From: Deltaproteobacteria bacterium
GTDB lineage: Bacteria > Myxococcota_A > Polyangia > Polyangiales > JADJMO01
Assembly (NCBI GenBank): GCA_022843175.1
Contig: JALHOE010000023.1
Span: forward strand, 3,011-67,010
Direction: 5' to 3'
DNA length: 64,000 nt
The notes beneath the pieces are model-generated. The model was not told the origin of the DNA. It searched no databases and saw only the letters and a list, made by a program, of their open reading frames with translations. Numbering within the stretch: the stretch's first letter is position 1; every line of letters starts with the position of its first letter. Shown here in pieces: positions 18,597 through 27,123 of the stretch. Both the position numbers and the translations under genes were made by a program.

Positions 18597-18914
18597 ATGT
18601 TGCGAATCTACGACGAAGTCCTCGAAATCATCCGCACCGTCGCGCCGCTGGTTCACGAGCTTCGCAAGCGCAGTCCGAACCTCGCCGATCAGGCCGAGCG
18701 CGCGTTGAGCGCGGTGCCGCTGCGCATCGCCGAGGGGAGCTACAGCCGCGGGAAGAACCGAGCCGCGCACTACCACGGTGGCGCGGGATCGCTGCAGGAG
18801 GCGATCGGCGCGTTCGACACGGGCGCGGCGTGGGGGTGGATCGCGCCGCTGGATCCGTCGCTCCGCGATCGCATGGAGCGCGCGCGGTCGGTGCTGTTCA
18901 AGAACACGCGGTGA
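18597..18914 (+). CDS. Four-helix-bundle protein (23S rRNA intervening-sequence protein / Avd-like family)
   Basis: 105 aa: [73 protein letters not shown]... This fits my recollection of the family pattern (xAExxxR, GSxxE). A strong AAGGAG SD lies upstream. Confidence 0.8.
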   Translation: MLRIYDEVLEIIRTVAPLVHELRKRSPNLADQAERALSAVPLRIAEGSYSRGKNRAAHYHGGAGSLQEAIGAFDTGAAWGWIAPLDPSLRDRMERARSVLFKNTR

Positions 18915-18964
18915 CCTGGGCAATGCGGCCCGGCGCCGACCACGCCGGCCCGCACTCGGCTCCC

Positions 18965-19140
18965 CAACGCAAACACAGACGCAAACGCAGACGCGAACGC
19001 AAACGCGAACGCAGACGCGAACGCGCACGCGAACGCAGACGCAGACGCGAACGCAGACGCAGACGCAGACGCGAACGCAGACGCGAACGCAGACGCAGAC
19101 GCGAACGCAGACGCAGACGCGAACGCAGACGCGAACGCAG
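18965..19140. repeat. Tandem hexanucleotide array, about 29 units (GAACGC / AGACGC), the reverse complement of the 18122-18373 array
   Basis: Hand-parsed. The inner units are degenerate (CAACGC, AAACAC, AAACGC, GCACGC). The array ends 18 nt before the ATG at 19159. Confidence 0.95.
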
Positions 19141-19158
19141 TCATGCCATACTCCAACG

Positions 19159-19758
19159 ATGTGGGACCAACGCTACGGCGAGCCCGGCTTCGCGTACGGC
19201 ACCGAGCCCAACGACTTCCTCGCGCCCAACGCCGAGCGCCACCTCCGCGCGGGCGGCGAGGTCCTGTGCCTCGCCGAGGGCGAGGGCCGCAACGCAGTGT
19301 TCCTCGCGCGCCGCGGGTTCCGCGTCACCGGCGTCGACGGCTCCGCGGTGGGGCTCGAGAAGGCCCACCGGCTCGCCGCGCAGCACGGCGTGAAGATCGA
19401 GACCCACGTCGCCGATCTCGCGGACTACGAGCTCGGGGTCGAGCGCTGGGACGGCATCGTGTCGATCTGGTGTCACACCCCGGCGCCGGTGCGCGCGCGG
19501 CTTCACCGCGCGGTCGTCGCCGCGCTCAAGCCGGGAGGGACGCTGTTGCTCGAGTCCTACACGCCGAAGCAGCTCGAGTACCGCACCGGCGGGCCGCCGA
19601 CGGCCGCGCTCATGATGACCCTCGCCGAGGTGCGCGAGGAGCTCGCGGGCCTCGAGCTGCTCACGGCCGAGGAGAAGCTCCGTGAGGTGCACGAGGGCAG
19701 GTATCACGACGGTCTCAGCGCGGTCCTCCAGGTGATCGCGCGCAAACCACAGCCCTAG
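19159..19758 (+). CDS. Class I SAM-dependent methyltransferase (TehB-like small-molecule MTase)
   Basis: The start is [14 protein letters not shown]. Motif I is [26 protein letters not shown]. The upstream part of ORF 18778-19758 is only the translated repeat (TQTQTR...). Confidence 0.8.
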   Translation: MWDQRYGEPGFAYGTEPNDFLAPNAERHLRAGGEVLCLAEGEGRNAVFLARRGFRVTGVDGSAVGLEKAHRLAAQHGVKIETHVADLADYELGVERWDGIVSIWCHTPAPVRARLHRAVVAALKPGGTLLLESYTPKQLEYRTGGPPTAALMMTLAEVREELAGLELLTAEEKLREVHEGRYHDGLSAVLQVIARKPQP

Positions 19759-19776
19759 CCGGCGAGCACCTATATA

Positions 19777-20499
19777 GTGGAGCCCGTGATCGTCATGCTC
19801 CTGCCCTCGAGCGACTTCGACCCGACGGAGAGCGCGCTCCCGTGGGACGCGCTGATGTCGGCCGGTCACGAGGTCACGTTCGCGACGCCGACGGGTGAGC
19901 GCGCCGCGGCCGACGACAGGCTCGTCAACGCGGGCTTCGGTCCGCTGTCTCCGCTGCTGATGACCCGCAAGGACGCGCTCGCCACCTATCGTCGCCTCGA
20001 GCAGGACCCGCGCTTCAACAAGCCGCGCGCGTACGCCGATGTCGACGCTGGCGAGCTCGACCTGTTGATCGTCCCCGGCGGCCACGCGCCCGGCATGAAG
20101 ACGATGCTCGAGTCCGAAGCGGCGCAGAAGCTCGTCGCCGCGCAGTTCGCGCGCAACGCGCCGGTCGCGGCGGTGTGCCACGGCGTCCTCCTCGTCGCGC
20201 GCGCCGGCGTGCTCCGCGGGCGAAGGACCACGGCGCTCACGCGCACGATGGAGCTCTCGGCGTGGGCGATGACCAAGCCATTCCTCGGCGACTACTACCG
20301 CACCTACCCGAAGACGGTGCAGGACGAGGTCGAAGAGGCGCTCGCCTCGAAGGACGACTTCGTCGCCGGGCCGCTGGTGCCCAAGCGCGACACCGCCGAG
20401 CACCCCGGGTTCGTCGTGCGCGACGGCGCGTACGTGTCCGCGCGATGGCCGGGCGATTGTTATGCGTTCTCGCGCGCGTGCGTCGACCTTGTGTCGTAA
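19777..20499 (+). CDS. DJ-1/PfpI-family protein (type 1 glutamine amidotransferase-like)
   Basis: The nucleophile elbow is PVAAVCHGV, and LLIVPGGHAP is present. The start is ambiguous (GTG 19777, GTG 19786 or ATG 19795). Confidence 0.8.
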   Translation: MEPVIVMLLPSSDFDPTESALPWDALMSAGHEVTFATPTGERAAADDRLVNAGFGPLSPLLMTRKDALATYRRLEQDPRFNKPRAYADVDAGELDLLIVPGGHAPGMKTMLESEAAQKLVAAQFARNAPVAAVCHGVLLVARAGVLRGRRTTALTRTMELSAWAMTKPFLGDYYRTYPKTVQDEVEEALASKDDFVAGPLVPKRDTAEHPGFVVRDGAYVSARWPGDCYAFSRACVDLVS

Positions 20500-20507
20500 A
20501 CTGCGGC

Positions 20508-21221
20508 ATGCGCTACGCCCTTATTCTTTGCCTCGTCTACGGCTGCTCGAGCTCCTCCACCGACACGCCCGCCGATCCGACCGACGGCGCTGCGACCGAC
20601 GAGACGAGCACCCCCTCCGACTCCACGGCCAGCGACGCGCCGGGCAGCGACGCGCCGGGCAGCGACTCCACCACGCCGGCCGACACCGCGCCGTCTGTGA
20701 AGTTCTGCCAGATGACCTGCAGCGCCCCCGCAGACTGCGTCTCGACCGGCGCCGCGTTCGACGCCGACAACTACGCGTGCGAGTCCGGCCTCTGCAAGTA
20801 CAAGGGCTGCAACTCGAACGCGGAGTGCGAGTCCACGTTCATGAGCGCGCAGTACGGCTGCTTCGACGTGAGCGGCACCAAGACCTGCGTGAAGAAGTGC
20901 GGCGCCCCCGCCGACTGCGCCGTCGCGGGCTCCGCCGCCTACGACGCCGACAACTGGGCCTGCGAGGGCGGCGGCTGCCGGTGGAAGGGCTGCAACAACG
21001 ACTCCGAGTGCACCTCGCTCGGCGCCTACGTCTGTCGCGACCTCGGCGGCCTCAAGAACTGCGTGAAGTCGTGCACCGCGCCGAGCGACTGCGCGACGAT
21101 GAGCGCCGCGTTCGACACCGACAACTACGCGTGCGAGTCGGGCGTGTGCCGCTACACCGGCTGCAACACCGACGCGGAGTGCAAGAGCTCGCTCATGAAG
21201 ACCAACTACGCCTGCCGCTGA
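20508..21221 (+). CDS. Cys-rich lipoprotein with three internal repeats of about 58 aa
   Basis: MRYALILCLVYGC provides the lipobox, followed by an Asp/Ser/Thr linker. The pattern C-x-A-P-x-D-C...A-[FY]-D-x-D-N-[YW]-A-C-E-x-G-x-C-[KR]-[YW]-x-G-C-N-x-x-x-E-C occurs three times. Confidence 0.7.
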   Translation: MRYALILCLVYGCSSSSTDTPADPTDGAATDETSTPSDSTASDAPGSDAPGSDSTTPADTAPSVKFCQMTCSAPADCVSTGAAFDADNYACESGLCKYKGCNSNAECESTFMSAQYGCFDVSGTKTCVKKCGAPADCAVAGSAAYDADNWACEGGGCRWKGCNNDSECTSLGAYVCRDLGGLKNCVKSCTAPSDCATMSAAFDTDNYACESGVCRYTGCNTDAECKSSLMKTNYACR

Positions 21222-21225
21222 CCGG

Positions 21226-21939
21226 TCAGAACACGTAGCTCAGGCCGCAGGTGAAGCCGCCGTCGATGGTGGTGAACTTCTTCGCCTCCGGGTCGGCGGT
21301 GACGCCGGCCGGGAGCGCCTCGTTCTTCTGCTTCGCCGAGCCGAGGTAGATGAGCGCCTCGGGACGCGCGAACAGGTTGAAGCGCGCGCTCGAGTAGAAC
21401 ACGAGCCCGAGCCCGGCGCGCAGGACGGGCCCGCTGATCGAGTAGCGCAGCACGGTGTCCGGTTGGCCCGCGACGCCGGGCGATTTCAGCTCGCGGCCGC
21501 CGGCGAAGAAGCCCGCGCCGACCGTCGGCGAGACGAACATCCCTCCGCCGACCGAGGCGTAATACGCGGCGGTGACCGAGCCGACGAAGCCGGTGTCGTT
21601 GGCGCTCACCTCGCTGTCGCCCGTCTTGCTCCCCGCCTTCTTGAAGAACCCGCCGAGGTGGACGCCGAGCGCGAGGTTGTCGACGAGGAAGTAGCGGAAG
21701 ATGCCCGCGCCCATCAGCGACAGGTTGCTGTTGGTGGTGTCGGGCTGCGGCGCCTTGCCCTTGGTCGTGGTGGAGTTGAAGACGATCTGCGTCTCGAGGC
21801 TCAGCTCTTTGACGCCCTTACCGATCACCGTGACCGCGCCGCTGCTGTTGCCGCCGGGCCCGATGCGATCGGCGTGCGCCGCGTGGCTCACCAACAACGC
21901 AGTGCCGACCGAGATAGACGCAAGGAAGAAGCGCTTCAT
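21226..21939 (-). CDS. Outer-membrane beta-barrel protein (small porin/OmpA-like barrel)
   Basis: The signal peptide is MKRFFLASISVGTALLVSHAAHA. It has alternating Gly/aromatic beta-strand patterns and a C-terminal ...GLSYVF. Confidence 0.65.
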   Translation of the reverse strand: MKRFFLASISVGTALLVSHAAHADRIGPGGNSSGAVTVIGKGVKELSLETQIVFNSTTTKGKAPQPDTTNSNLSLMGAGIFRYFLVDNLALGVHLGGFFKKAGSKTGDSEVSANDTGFVGSVTAAYYASVGGGMFVSPTVGAGFFAGGRELKSPGVAGQPDTVLRYSISGPVLRAGLGLVFYSSARFNLFARPEALIYLGSAKQKNEALPAGVTADPEAKKFTTIDGGFTCGLSYVF

Positions 21940-21958
21940 GCGCGCGGCGTAACACGGT

Positions 21959-22318
21959 TCAGCGATCGGGGGCAGCCCCGTAGACCGGCATCGGACCGCC
22001 GCTGTCGTCAGAGCCGGTGTCCGTGGGGGCCGTGTCGTCGGCGACGCCCGAATCGGCGGCGTCTGCCGGAGCGCCGTAGATCGCCATGTCGGACACGACG
22101 TCGGTGGCGGCGTCCGTCTGCGGCCCCGGGTCGGAGCTGCTGCAGCCAACGGCTGCGACCGACGACGCGAACACGAAGGCCGCGCCGCGCGACATGCGAC
22201 GCGAGGTCGCCGGGATCGCGACCGCGCCGGTCATCGCTGCGCCGCAGAAGGGACACGCGCTCGAGAGGCGCGCGTGGCGACGACACGAGGGACACGGAGC
22301 GAGGGGCTGATAGCTCAT
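21959..22318 (-). CDS. Small zinc-ribbon (CPSC...CPFC) membrane-anchored protein with a disordered YGAP-type tail
   Basis: GC3 is high. It has two CxxC pairs in the first 27 aa and a hydrophobic segment AAFVFASSVAAVGC. It starts 4 nt after the upstream vWA gene. Confidence 0.55.
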   Translation of the reverse strand: MSYQPLAPCPSCRRHARLSSACPFCGAAMTGAVAIPATSRRMSRGAAFVFASSVAAVGCSSSDPGPQTDAATDVVSDMAIYGAPADAADSGVADDTAPTDTGSDDSGGPMPVYGAAPDR

Positions 22319-22322
22319 GGAA

Positions 22323-23483
22323 TCACTTGAACTGAGTTCCGCAGCCGAACGCGACGTTCACCTTGCCGCCGGTCTCCGACTGCACCTTTTTGCAGGCGTC
22401 GCCGCAGAGAAGGATCTTCGTTTTGTCGGCGTTGTACTGCCAGCCGTTGGAGCCCATCTCACAGGGCTTGTCGTCTCTCAGGATCGTCGACGTCATGCCG
22501 CCAGCGGACGTGTAGGTGACGTTGACCTTGGTGGGGTCGAGCTTCTCGCCCGCCGGCGGCGGCGGGATGGTGAGCTCGCACGCCACGCGATTGGCGATGC
22601 TCTTGGCGATGTCGAGGAAGAGCGGGCCGAAGTCCTTCGCGCACAGGGGGAACCACTGGCCTCCGGCGAGCTTCACGAGCTGGATGTACGTCGGCCCGTT
22701 GTTGACCATCGTCGAGCCGCACTTGGTCTCCGACGGGTAGGTGGACGCGCCCATGATCGGGTACGCGCCGTACTTGCGCGCGGTCGCCGTGCCGAACATG
22801 CCCGCGCCCTTGGTGATCAGCTGCGTGTCGAAGCTGGCGGCGGCGAGCGCGGAGTTGTCGTCGGTGATCGGCACGAGCGCCTTGAACGCGTCGGGGCGGA
22901 CCGCGTCCTTCCAGCCGATGCCCACGGTGGGGTTGTCGTAGGTGGAGAGGATGATGCTCAGCGCGTTGGTGGAGCCGATCGAGTTGTTGCTCGTGCGGAA
23001 CGCGGGCGGGAGCGAGTTGCGGAGCGGCTTGCTGGTGTTGCTGCAGTCGGCCGTGGGGCCGCCGAGGGGAGGGGGCACGCACACGTCGGTGGAGCTCGTG
23101 GTGCCGACGCGCGCGATCATCACCACGCGGTAGTCGAGCCCGGTGGCCTTGAGGTAGTCCGAGAGCTTGTTGATGTTCGTCTTCACGTTGGCGATGTCGT
23201 CGCTCATCGAGCCGGACTGATCGATCGCGATGATGATGTCGACGGGGGGCTTGATCGCCGCGGCGCTCGTCGACGCGCACGCCGTGTCGCCGCCCGCCTC
23301 GGGGTTGCTCTCGATGACGTCGAACCCGGCGCCGCCGCCGTCGAGCAGGTTGCCCGCGTCGTCGCGGGCGCCGCCGTCGGGATCGTCGAGGATCTCGTCG
23401 GGCCCGCCCTCTTTACCGGCGCCGCAGCCGGCGAGGAGGAGCGACAGCGCGAGCAAACCGTGGCGCTTCCAACCGGCCATCAT
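22323..23483 (-). CDS. von Willebrand factor A (vWA) domain lipoprotein
   Basis: LLALSLLLAGC provides the lipobox. The MIDAS motif is IIIAIDQSGSMSDD (DxSxS). Confidence 0.8.
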   Translation of the reverse strand: MMAGWKRHGLLALSLLLAGCGAGKEGGPDEILDDPDGGARDDAGNLLDGGGAGFDVIESNPEAGGDTACASTSAAAIKPPVDIIIAIDQSGSMSDDIANVKTNINKLSDYLKATGLDYRVVMIARVGTTSSTDVCVPPPLGGPTADCSNTSKPLRNSLPPAFRTSNNSIGSTNALSIILSTYDNPTVGIGWKDAVRPDAFKALVPITDDNSALAAASFDTQLITKGAGMFGTATARKYGAYPIMGASTYPSETKCGSTMVNNGPTYIQLVKLAGGQWFPLCAKDFGPLFLDIAKSIANRVACELTIPPPPAGEKLDPTKVNVTYTSAGGMTSTILRDDKPCEMGSNGWQYNADKTKILLCGDACKKVQSETGGKVNVAFGCGTQFK

Positions 23484-23504
23484 GATCGAGAGTGTACTGA
23501 TGAG

Positions 23505-24185
23505 TTATCGCAGGGCCAGTACGTGGAGCATCTTGAACGTCGAGGGGAGCCCGTCCCGCAGGGTCGGAATTCCGGGGATCGCGTCCCAGGTCCACGTCGG
23601 CGGCACATCGACGTTCACCCACCCACCCTCGAGATCGCCGCGTTTCTGCCCTGCGCCGACCAAGCGGTAGCCGTGCTCGGTGAGCATCTGGAGCGTTGTC
23701 TCGAGCGTGTGACCCTCGACCTGATGCAGCTCGAGCGCCCACGCTTTGACGCGGGACATGGCCGCGAGCGCCTGCGGGAGGAAGGCGTATTCGTGTCCCT
23801 CGACGTCGACCTTCACGACCGTGGCGTCGGGCGCGATCGCCTCGAGACGCCGGCACGCGACGGTGATCCGCTCTCCGCCCTCGTCGACCGGCACCATCGA
23901 GTTCGCGCCCCACGCAGTGCGGATCGGACGCAGCGCGAGGTGCCCGTCGTGCGCGGACACCGCGCACTTCTTCACCGTCCAGCGGTTGCCGGCCCTGGCC
24001 GCGCGGATGCGCGCCTCGATCGCCTTCACGTTCTCGGCGATCGGCTCGACCGAGATCACCTCGTTGGTGCGCGCGCCGCGGTCCCAGAACAGCTGCGACA
24101 GCCGGCCGACGTTGGCGCCGACGTCGACGATCTTCTCGCCGCGAAGCGGGAGGTTCTCTTCGTACCAGCGCTCCTGCTTGTCCAT
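23505..24185 (-). CDS. FkbM-family methyltransferase
   Basis: It contains IVDVGANVGRLSQLF and VKVDVEGHEYAFL. The start codon shares one base with the upstream stop (TGATG). Confidence 0.8.
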   Translation of the reverse strand: MDKQERWYEENLPLRGEKIVDVGANVGRLSQLFWDRGARTNEVISVEPIAENVKAIEARIRAARAGNRWTVKKCAVSAHDGHLALRPIRTAWGANSMVPVDEGGERITVACRRLEAIAPDATVVKVDVEGHEYAFLPQALAAMSRVKAWALELHQVEGHTLETTLQMLTEHGYRLVGAGQKRGDLEGGWVNVDVPPTWTWDAIPGIPTLRDGLPSTFKMLHVLALR

Positions 24186-25264
24186 CAGAGCAGGGGAAAG
24201 ATATGCGACCCGGCGAGGCGCGCGGCCCCGAATGCGCGCGGCAGCGGCGTGAACGTGTGGAGGTCGAGGAGCACGACCGACGCGTGCTTGCCGAAGCTGA
24301 GGACATACGCGCTCCGGTCGCGCGCGAGCTCGATGCCGCGCGGGGACTCGCACTCGTAGGCGCCGAGCAGCTTCTTCTTGGCCACGCTCCAGAACGTAAC
24401 GATGCCCCCGAAGGGGTTGGTGACCGCGGCGACGCCGTCGTGGACGACGACGCTGAGCGACTCGCCGACGACCTTCGCCATCACGCTGGCGGGGCCGCGC
24501 ATGCGCTCTGGCTTGCGCTTGCCGGTGCGGAGGTTGATGCCTCCGGCGGAGGTCTCGGCGGGCAGGCCGTCGCGCGGCGCGGACACCACGGCGAGCGAGC
24601 CGTCGGCGCCGATGCCGATGTGGCCGGCGTTGATCTTGGGATCGCTGAAGCACACCCGCTCGAGGAGCTTGCGCGACGCCACGTCCACGTAGCTCACGCA
24701 CGGCTCGCTCGGGTCGCCCAGCGCGCCGCCGCCGTTGGTGATGACGAGGACCTTGCCGTCGTCGATGGGGACGCAGTCGTGCGGACGGTCGCCGTAGGTG
24801 GGAAACGAGTCGACCTCGCGGTAGCCCTCGGTCTCCCGCACGCTGAGCAAGCCGGCCCCGGTGTCGAGCTCGGTCTCGACGACGAAGAGCTGATCGCCGC
24901 TGTGCGAATAGACGCCGTGCCCGTAGTAGTGGCGGCCGGGCTTGGCGGTGAGGGCGCCGAGCCGCCTGCGCGCGGTGAGGTCGACCAGCGCCGCGCCGGG
25001 CCCCCGCTTCTCGAAGATGGCCGCGAGGTGGGGTGCGCCGGGCTTGCGGGTGAAGCCGTGCGGCAGGAAGTCGACGGAGATGCGGGTGAGCGCGTCTTGA
25101 TCGAGGTCGACGATGTCGAGCGAGTGAACGGCGCGACCGGTCGTCGGATCGCTCCCCGCAGTCCCGCCCACGAACGTTCCGAGCTCCGCCACGGCGATTA
25201 ACGTTAGCCTGTGGGACGTGACCCGGCGAACGAGCGCAGGGGCGATTTCGCTCATCCGTGACAC
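24185..25264 (-). CDS. DUF1513-like beta-propeller protein
   Basis: It contains PHGFTRKPG...HYYGHGVYSHSGDQLFVVE and repeated propeller-like blades. VRRVTSHRLTLIAVA is a possible Tat-like N-terminus. The family call is from memory. Confidence 0.65.
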   Translation of the reverse strand: MSRMSEIAPALVRRVTSHRLTLIAVAELGTFVGGTAGSDPTTGRAVHSLDIVDLDQDALTRISVDFLPHGFTRKPGAPHLAAIFEKRGPGAALVDLTARRRLGALTAKPGRHYYGHGVYSHSGDQLFVVETELDTGAGLLSVRETEGYREVDSFPTYGDRPHDCVPIDDGKVLVITNGGGALGDPSEPCVSYVDVASRKLLERVCFSDPKINAGHIGIGADGSLAVVSAPRDGLPAETSAGGINLRTGKRKPERMRGPASVMAKVVGESLSVVVHDGVAAVTNPFGGIVTFWSVAKKKLLGAYECESPRGIELARDRSAYVLSFGKHASVVLLDLHTFTPLPRAFGAARLAGSHIFPLL

Positions 25265-25283
25265 CGCGGGGCCGCCGCGCGTG

Positions 25284-25955
25284 ATGCTGCAGAAGCTGCT
25301 CCGGCTCGGCGTCGCCCTCCGCGCCTACGCGGACTTCGACGCGCTCGACGCGCGCCTTCGTCGACTGCAGTCGCTCGGTCTCATCGAGCAGGTACCGAAC
25401 CGCACCCAGCTCATCGTCGGCTCGATCGACATGCTGCGGTTCTGGATCGCGCCTGCCGCCGCGGAGTACTACGCGAGCAAGGGCATCGACTTCCGCTTCC
25501 ACCAGCTCCTGCGCTTCCTCGACGACCCGGCCGGCCTCGTCGACCCCACCGGGTTCCTCAGCGCGCGCGACGTGATCATCGGCCACGTGCTGCAGGTCGT
25601 GCACGCCAACCCCGCTTACGATCTGCAGCTGCTCGAGTCCCACGAGAACGGCCTCGAGGAGCTCGAGGCGCAGACCCTCGCGATGCTCGACGGTACCCAC
25701 CCCCGCGCCACCTCGATCGGCGCGATCGTCGAGGAGCCCGACTACCACGCGCGGCTCCTCGAGTACGTGCGGCAGTACCGGCGCGATCGCACGGTGCGCG
25801 CGCCGGTGCGCGAGAACATCGCCAATCCGCGGTGGGAGCGCATCGAGGCCGCGTTCGGCACCCTCCCGGCCGCGATGCGCTACTTCGCTTCGCTGCCGAG
25901 CGGGCCCCTCGGCGCCGCGCTCCACCTGCAGCGAGTCAAAGAGTTCCCCGCGTGA
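25284..25955 (+). CDS. Hypothetical protein
   Basis: GC3 is high. The stop overlaps the GTG start of the next gene (GTGA). The start is taken at ATG 25284 to avoid overlapping the divergent gene. Confidence 0.55.
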   Translation: MLQKLLRLGVALRAYADFDALDARLRRLQSLGLIEQVPNRTQLIVGSIDMLRFWIAPAAAEYYASKGIDFRFHQLLRFLDDPAGLVDPTGFLSARDVIIGHVLQVVHANPAYDLQLLESHENGLEELEAQTLAMLDGTHPRATSIGAIVEEPDYHARLLEYVRQYRRDRTVRAPVRENIANPRWERIEAAFGTLPAAMRYFASLPSGPLGAALHLQRVKEFPA

Positions 25956-27046
25956 AGCTCACCGCCGCCGCCGCGCGCCGCTTTCTCGTGGCCCGTCACG
26001 CGTTGCCGCGCTCGCTCCCGAGCGTGCTCGCCGCGTTCGAACGCATCGGCTGCGTGCAGGTCGATCCGCTCGCCGTCACCGGCATGCGCAACCACGACCT
26101 CGTCCTCGCCGCGCGCGTGGCCGGCTACCGGCCGAGCGCGCTCGACGCGCTGCTCTACGGAAAGAAGCGCAAGCTCATCGAGGTCTACAACAAGTCGCTG
26201 TGCATCGTCCCCATCGACACGCTGCCCTACTACCGCGCCGACTGGGAGCGGGTGATGGGCGCGTTCGGCGACACCTTCCTCGCGGCGGCCAAGAAGCACG
26301 GCCCGCGCATCCTTCGGCGCCTCGATCGAGAGGGGCCGCTGCCGTCGCGCGAGCTCGCCCGGGGCGGCGAACGCGTGGTGGCCGGCTGGGGCGCGGCGAG
26401 CGAGGCGCGTCACGCGCTGTACGTGCTCTTCCGCACCGGCCGCATCGGCACGGTGCGGCGCGAGGGCAACGTGCGCGTCTACGATCGCATGGAGCGGCTG
26501 GTGCCGAAGCAAGAGCCGGTGTCGCGCGAGGCGTCGCTGCGTCACCGGGTGCTCAATCGCTTTCGCGCGATGGGCCTCCTCGGGCTGTCGGGCACGCCCG
26601 AGGTCTACGCGGCCACCGCGCCCGCTCGCGAGCGCGCGCGGATCGTGCGCGAGCTCGTCGAGGAGGGCACGCTCGTCGAGGTCTCGATCCCGGGGAGCTC
26701 GCCGCGCTTCATGTTGGCGAGTGAGCAGCACTTCCTTGGCGCGACCGTGGAGCGCGACCGCGCCGCGATGCTCGCGCCGCTCGACCCCCTGATCTGGGAT
26801 CGCCGCTTCACGCGCGAGCTCTTCGGGCTCGACTACAAGTGGCAGGTCTATACGCCCAAACACAAGCGCATAGGCGGCTACTACGACCTGCCGCTGCTCG
26901 TCGGCGATCGCCTCGTGGGCCTCATCGAGCCGCGATACGCGAACGGTCAGCTCGAGATCGTGCGCATCGACGCGACGCTCTCGCGCGCAGATCGCCGCGC
27001 CGTCGACGACGCGATCCGTGCATTCGGCGCTTCGATCGCGCAATGA
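25952..27046 (+). CDS. Winged-helix DNA glycosylase, YcaQ/AlkZ-like (DUF1006) family
   Basis: It contains ARRFLVARHAL, IGCVQVDPL..MRNHDLVLAARV and YYDLPLLVGDRLVGLIEPR. Confidence 0.75.
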   Translation: MKLTAAAARRFLVARHALPRSLPSVLAAFERIGCVQVDPLAVTGMRNHDLVLAARVAGYRPSALDALLYGKKRKLIEVYNKSLCIVPIDTLPYYRADWERVMGAFGDTFLAAAKKHGPRILRRLDREGPLPSRELARGGERVVAGWGAASEARHALYVLFRTGRIGTVRREGNVRVYDRMERLVPKQEPVSREASLRHRVLNRFRAMGLLGLSGTPEVYAATAPARERARIVRELVEEGTLVEVSIPGSSPRFMLASEQHFLGATVERDRAAMLAPLDPLIWDRRFTRELFGLDYKWQVYTPKHKRIGGYYDLPLLVGDRLVGLIEPRYANGQLEIVRIDATLSRADRRAVDDAIRAFGASIAQ

Positions 27047-27123
27047 TTGGCCGACGCGGCAAGCTCGCGTCGCTGGACCATGACGTGCACTTCGGGCGCC
27101 TGAACCTACCGAAGGGGGCTCTC

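Noticed and set aside
18122-19140. Possibility that the two repeat arrays are a CRISPR array
   Set aside because: The period is 6 nt with no spacers and no repeat-spacer architecture. No cas genes are present. The two blocks are mutually inverted microsatellites.
18778-19158. N-terminal extension of the methyltransferase ORF ([10 protein letters not shown]... repeat)
   Set aside because: It is the translated right-hand hexamer array plus out-of-context sequence overlapping the four-helix-bundle gene. The methyltransferase fold begins right after the ATG at 19159.
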